Shown piece after piece: positions 59,628-64,000 of a stretch of 64,000 nt of DNA; positions within the stretch are counted from its first letter, which is position 1; every line of letters starts with the position of its first letter. The notes beneath the pieces were generated by a model. The model worked only from the letters and a program-made list of their open reading frames with translations. It did not search any database and was not told where the DNA came from. The stretch comes from an uncultured Lentisphaerales bacterium (GTDB lineage: Bacteria > Verrucomicrobiota > Lentisphaeria > JABSQK01 > UBA12247), in NCBI GenBank assembly GCA_943788985.1, contig CALSSJ010000011.1, positions 32,001 to 96,000 on the forward strand, given 5' to 3'. A program made the position numbers and the translations under genes.

Positions 59628-61145
59628 TCAGTCGATCTGGAGGTCAAGGTCGTCATCATCATCGAGTAGCCACGCGACCTTCTTGCTGGCTGCAGCGACC
59701 TTGTCTAGGTCAAAACATTGCAGGTAGCGGTAGTAGACCTCCAGTTGCAGGCAGCACAGCGTGGTAGAGAAGACTTTTCCGGCCACGCCAGTCTTCCTGT
59801 GAATCTCGACATCCCAGTAGCCTTCCTTGTGCTGATTGTTGATCAGCACCGGCTCAAATACTCGTTGCCATTTTCTCCAGTCCGCGCTGCCCGCATTGAA
59901 AGTAGCCTGGGTGTCGTAGTACCAGCCGTGCAGGTTGTGTTCAGCCTCTTCCTTGAAGGTCGTCCTTGCGTGTTCATACCCTTTCAGGCGTGACGTCATG
60001 ATCGTATTGTCGATGGCCCGGCCCACTTCCTTGGCCTTTTTGTGGCCAAGCAGCTGCAGGCAGACCACGCCCACACCGGTCATGTTCTTGCCTGTCCCTG
60101 GAGCGCTATAGCCAAACCTGTCGTTCTTGTAGGTCGACTTGGTAAACAGGATCGACTTTTCGATCGCCTCATGGAGGCCTTTGTTGCTGGCCCCGGCGAT
60201 GTAGCCCGCCTTCAATGCCTGCATCTGCCAGCCAGCGACAGACAGATCCCAGCGGTCCCCCTTCTGGTACGCGTAGTCGTAGCCACCGCCGGGCTGCTGG
60301 CCTTTCAAAAGGACATCTAGGCCATCTTCCATCGCCCGCTTCAGAAATCGGATCTGGGTCAGGTCGTAGGCCTCGGCAAGCGCGTAGGTGATAATCCCGT
60401 GGGAGTACGCCCCTTTGCCACCTGGAAAGGTCTTTCCCGTAGACGGCATCCGCTCCGCAAGCCACTGAATCGACGTCTGGACTGTGCCGCCGAACTCTTC
60501 GGACCGCGGGTTATCGCCATGGGCTAGAAAGCAGAGCAAGGCCAACCCTGTAAATGCTGGATCACCCAGCCAGGAGCCGTCATCCTGCTGTACCGTCTGC
60601 AACCAGCGGAGGGCGCGCAGCACCGCCTCCTGTCCTGCTCGGGAACCGCCAAACTTCTTCACGGTCGCGGCACGTCCAGCAGCGGATCGCCCGGCATAGA
60701 GAGAGGACAGTGTCAACGGGGCCAGCGTAGGCTGCACGGCCAGCTGCTCTTCGAACTCAGAGTTGTCTTCCGCTTGTGGGGCCTCGTCGCTGACGTCCTC
60801 CGCGGCCAACTCGTCCTCGGTCTCAGCGGGCGTTGGCGCCACCACGCTAATCACTGGAGCCACTTCATCGAGGATTCCTTCCTAGATATCGTCAATCTCG
60901 TCGAGCATCTCGTCATCAAGTTCGACGATCGGGAGCTCTCTCACGTGAATCTCGATCCCGCGCTCTTGTTACTCTTTGGTGCTCGTTGCGAACACCGCAA
61001 GTACCCTCAAGACCAGGATGTGCACCAGAAATGAAATCGCCGGGCCAACCATGTGCTCGCGCATCTGCTTTACCCAGGTCGCGAGAATGGCTTCGACATC
61101 AGCATCGTGGGGTAGGCTCAGCTGAGTCTCGGTGTTTACAGACAT
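59628..61145 (-). pseudogene. Prenyltransferase-repeat protein, copy C, with two in-frame stops
   Basis: Full-length frame from ATG 61145 (MSVNTETQLSLPHDADVEAILA...), with TAA at 60969-60971 and TAG at 60882-60884 and no frameshift. Confidence 0.85.
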
Positions 61146-61332
61146 GGGAATGGGCCTAGTAGAATGTGGAATGATTGAACACGGAGTACCTAACTTATGA
61201 CAACCGCAAGATAGTTTATTGTAGGTATGCTCTGGCAGTCTACGCCAAAAGCAGAGCGCGGAAGGTGCGGTATGGCTGGCGCGAGGAGCTACGGTTCCAG
61301 CTTTGATTTGATCGAGCAGGAGGGTAGGTCGG

Positions 61333-61647
61333 ATGTCCGAATTCAGCGATGTCGCGATTGTTCGCGAGGCAAATGTTTACTTTGAGGGAAAGGTCACCAG
61401 CCGCACGATTCGGTTTCCCGGAGGTGAGAGCAAGACGCTGGGCATCATGTTGCCTGGAGAGTACAGCTTTAATACCGACGTTGCCGAGCACATGGAGGTT
61501 CTAGCTGGTGACCTGGACATCCAGCTGCCCGGCGAAGCCAGCTGGCGTACAATCGCCGGTGGCGAGTCCTTTGAGGTGCCAGCAAGCGCATCGTTTTCGC
61601 TGCGCGTCCGTGCGGTTACGGATTACTGCTGTTCGTATCTAGCCTGA
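61333..61647 (+). CDS. ppnP: Pyrimidine/purine nucleoside phosphorylase (DUF1255)
   Basis: 'ANVYFEGKVTSR', 'KTLGIMLPGEYSFNT..AEHMEVLAG', 'DYCCSY'. Confidence 0.92.
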   Translation: MSEFSDVAIVREANVYFEGKVTSRTIRFPGGESKTLGIMLPGEYSFNTDVAEHMEVLAGDLDIQLPGEASWRTIAGGESFEVPASASFSLRVRAVTDYCCSYLA

Positions 61648-61685
61648 CCTGAGCAGGCGAGCTGTGCGCACCTGTCTTGGCGTCG

Positions 61686-63212
61686 TTATTCGTCGACGCG
61701 CACCTTGTTCTTGCCGTGCATGACGTCATGGCGGGAGTCCGAGTAGCGGGCTCTGCCGGTCTCGTCCTTGTTAAGCTGCAGGACCGCGTTTTCATCCACA
61801 CATTCGCCCGAGTTGTAGCGTTTGAGAACGGTCGCCTTCTCAACTTTGGTTTCAAGCTTGGCGTGCATCTTTCCCCCGCTGTCGACTTCCCAGCGAGGCC
61901 GCCCGACTACGCTGTGTTTGCCGTCTTCGCTATCTTCACGGACCACTTCTGCCGGGAGCATCTTGGTCTCGATCGTGTCCTCTATGAGCAGTAGGCCGGA
62001 CCATGGCTTGCCAGCGCGCCAAACGCCCTGGCTGGTGAGGTTTCCGTAGTTATCCCAGCGTGACTCTCGGCCATCTTTCTGCCCGGATCGGCACTGGACT
62101 TCCCATTCGATCATGCCGTTCTCGCGGTACTCACGGTAGACACCGTTGAGCTTGTTGGACTCCCAGCTTCCTTCGCTGCGCGCTTCACCGTTCTCCCACA
62201 TGTCGATCTCCCGCCCGTGTTTGCGGCCAGCCTCGTACTCGCACAGGTAGCTTTCCTGGCGATCCCCGAAGCGCTCCACTAGCAGGCCAGTGACCGGCGC
62301 TCCGTTGTCATAGAGTACCCCATCTATCGGCGCGCCGTTGTCATAGCGGGTGATCGTGTAGACCGTCGGCGTCGGGTCATAGGCGGTGACATCGGAAGCA
62401 CCGTCAATGATCCGGGTAATGGTGAATGGCAGGTCTGGCCCTTCTTCCCAGAACGTCCCGACAAAAGGCAGGTCGCCCTGATACCTGCCATACGCCAGCA
62501 GGTCTCCGCTCATGTTCCAGGTGCGGGCTTCACCCGCGAATGCGTTGTTTTCAAAATTGTACTCAGAGCGCTGGATTCGTTTCTCGGCACTGCCGCTGTC
62601 ATAGTAGTAGCGTGCCAGCCCGTGGCGGACATTGTTGCGGTAGCTGACCTCGCTCTCAAGCGCCCCGGTGTCGAAGTAGCGTTCGAATCTGCCGTTCCGC
62701 TTGCCGTTTTTATAGGTGCCCTTATAGCGGAGCCTGCCGTTAGGCCAGAAATGCTCTTGGGGCCCGTTTCGTTCCCCGTTGCGAAATTCCGCCACTCGAA
62801 TCTTTTTGCCATCCTGTCCCCACTCGGTCCAAGGCCCGACAGGTTGGCCCTCATCGTAATGGCCGGCCGCCATCTTGCTGCCGTTGTCGTGCCAGAATTG
62901 CCAGTCGCCGATGCGCTTGCCGTCTCGGTACTCCCCTTTCTCATGAACGCGCTTATTCTCGTACCAGACGATGGCTGGGCCATCCAGTTTCCCGTCTCGC
63001 CATTGCAGGCTCTTGTACGGCCGCCGGTTCGCAAACATCCAGCGGTCACGCCCGTGCAGGCGTTCTTTGCCGTCCATGTGGATGTAGTACTCGGCCTTTC
63101 GCTTCAAGTTGCCGTTGGGATGTTTCCAACGCTTTACGCGAAGATCGTCCTCTGCGCTCACGATGAACACTAGCGAAACCGCGATCAGCACGGCGATACG
63201 TATCACATTCAT
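61686..63212 (-). CDS. Secreted MORN-variant repeat (YwqK-like) protein
   Basis: Start reassigned to ATG 63212, overlapping the trpF stop; signal peptide; many 'G.Y.DGK..G.W..WH.NG' repeats. Confidence 0.85.
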   Translation of the reverse strand: MNVIRIAVLIAVSLVFIVSAEDDLRVKRWKHPNGNLKRKAEYYIHMDGKERLHGRDRWMFANRRPYKSLQWRDGKLDGPAIVWYENKRVHEKGEYRDGKRIGDWQFWHDNGSKMAAGHYDEGQPVGPWTEWGQDGKKIRVAEFRNGERNGPQEHFWPNGRLRYKGTYKNGKRNGRFERYFDTGALESEVSYRNNVRHGLARYYYDSGSAEKRIQRSEYNFENNAFAGEARTWNMSGDLLAYGRYQGDLPFVGTFWEEGPDLPFTITRIIDGASDVTAYDPTPTVYTITRYDNGAPIDGVLYDNGAPVTGLLVERFGDRQESYLCEYEAGRKHGREIDMWENGEARSEGSWESNKLNGVYREYRENGMIEWEVQCRSGQKDGRESRWDNYGNLTSQGVWRAGKPWSGLLLIEDTIETKMLPAEVVREDSEDGKHSVVGRPRWEVDSGGKMHAKLETKVEKATVLKRYNSGECVDENAVLQLNKDETGRARYSDSRHDVMHGKNKVRVDE

Positions 63213-63826
63213 CTGTCCTCTCCAGCCTGCCTTGCAGCAGCCACAAATCTGTAAATTTCTCCGTGGTCCTTCACGCCTTTCGCCCGCTCGACACCAGACG
63301 AGACATCTACGCCCCACGGCTTCACTGCGAGGATGGCATCGGCCACTGTATCCGCGGTTAGTCCACCAGCCAGCAGAATTTCACGTTGTGAGGCAAGATC
63401 TGCCGCCAGCGCCCAGTCTCCGGTGATTCCCGCGCCTGCCTGGCTGCCCTGGATCGCATCGGCCAGCAGTCGGCAGGGATACACCTGCGCCTTTGCCACG
63501 TCCTCCGGCTCGTCGAGCGCCAGCGCCTTGATCAGTGAAAACTCTGCGAACTCCGCAATATCGGCCACCGATTCGTGCCCGTGCAACTGCACGTGGTCCA
63601 GCTGGCAAGTCCGCACGATTTCCCGCACTACGTGGAGGGCCTCGTCTACAAACACACCCACAGTCTCGATCCGCCCACGGACCGCTTTTGCGATCTGCGC
63701 AGCAACTGTTGGCTCCAGATAACGCGGCGATTCCTTCACAAAGATAAAGCCGATATAGTCGGCACCCGCAGCGATCACGCATTCAGCGTCTTCGAGCGTA
63801 CGAACTCCGCAAATCTTAATAATCAT
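63209..63826 (-). CDS. trpF: Phosphoribosylanthranilate isomerase
   Basis: 'IKICG', 'VGVFVD', 'VQLHGHE', 'LAGGL', 'GVDVSSGVE...KD'. Confidence 0.96.
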   Translation of the reverse strand: MIIKICGVRTLEDAECVIAAGADYIGFIFVKESPRYLEPTVAAQIAKAVRGRIETVGVFVDEALHVVREIVRTCQLDHVQLHGHESVADIAEFAEFSLIKALALDEPEDVAKAQVYPCRLLADAIQGSQAGAGITGDWALAADLASQREILLAGGLTADTVADAILAVKPWGVDVSSGVERAKGVKDHGEIYRFVAAARQAGEDR

Positions 63827-64000
63827 CTGGCTGGTCCTCGGGCATCAATCGCGGCCAATACACCCACCGCGGTTTCCGTAAGCTGCGGATCCCGCGCCCC
63901 CAGGATCGCGACGCAGTCTCTGGGGCCCGCGTTGGCGATAAGCCCGGCCAGCGATGCCTCGCGGTCGTCGTAGGCCACCGCCTTAAGATTCGTTGAGCGG
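63823..64000 (-). CDS. 3' end of a probable Mur ligase family (MurC-like) gene, truncated by the window edge
   Basis: Manual translation '...DDREASLAGLIANAGPRDCVAILGARDPQLTETA...PAR*'; its TGA overlaps the trpF ATG. Confidence 0.55.
   Translation of the reverse strand, partial: RSTNLKAVAYDDREASLAGLIANAGPRDCVAILGARDPQLTETAVGVLAAIDARGPAR

Noticed and set aside
20166..61145. Alternative genetic code explaining the in-frame stops
   Set aside because: The interruptions use TAA, TGA and TAG, and intact genes also end in all three.
61686..63212. Toxin-antitoxin system implied by the YwqK-like label
   Set aside because: These are generic MORN-variant repeats in a housekeeping operon with no adjacent toxin.

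Overview
This GC-rich bacterial window has a gene content typical of the PVC superphylum (Lentisphaerota/Verrucomicrobiota/Planctomycetota-like; inferred from gene families only). 1-19.8 kb holds PVC envelope/redox genes: an LRR protein, a DUF1549/DUF1553 cytochrome protein, DUF1501, two membrane coiled-coil proteins, a ThuA-like protein, two convergent DUF6797-type propeller/cytochrome c paralogs and a PAS-AraC regulator. 20-23 kb is a three-gene catabolic operon in which two genes have single in-frame stops. It is followed by a 47-aa His-tailed membrane peptide missing from the ORF track, an alpha-2-macroglobulin and ~2 kb of apparently decayed coding DNA. 31-39 kb encodes a PP2C phosphatase, a membrane Ser/Thr kinase and a 1524-aa secreted FGE-sulfatase-domain protein. 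The rest is an HCF101-like Mrp ATPase, an oxidoreductase, lpdA, SWIM, GT4, a HEAT/heme protein, purL-purQ, MFS, an orphan ABC permease, three tandem prenyltransferase-repeat paralogs (one pseudogenised), ppnP, a MORN-repeat protein, trpF and a partial Mur ligase. I saw no tRNA, rRNA, CRISPR array, transposase or integrase. Family calls come from motif recognition by eye; no database searches were run.
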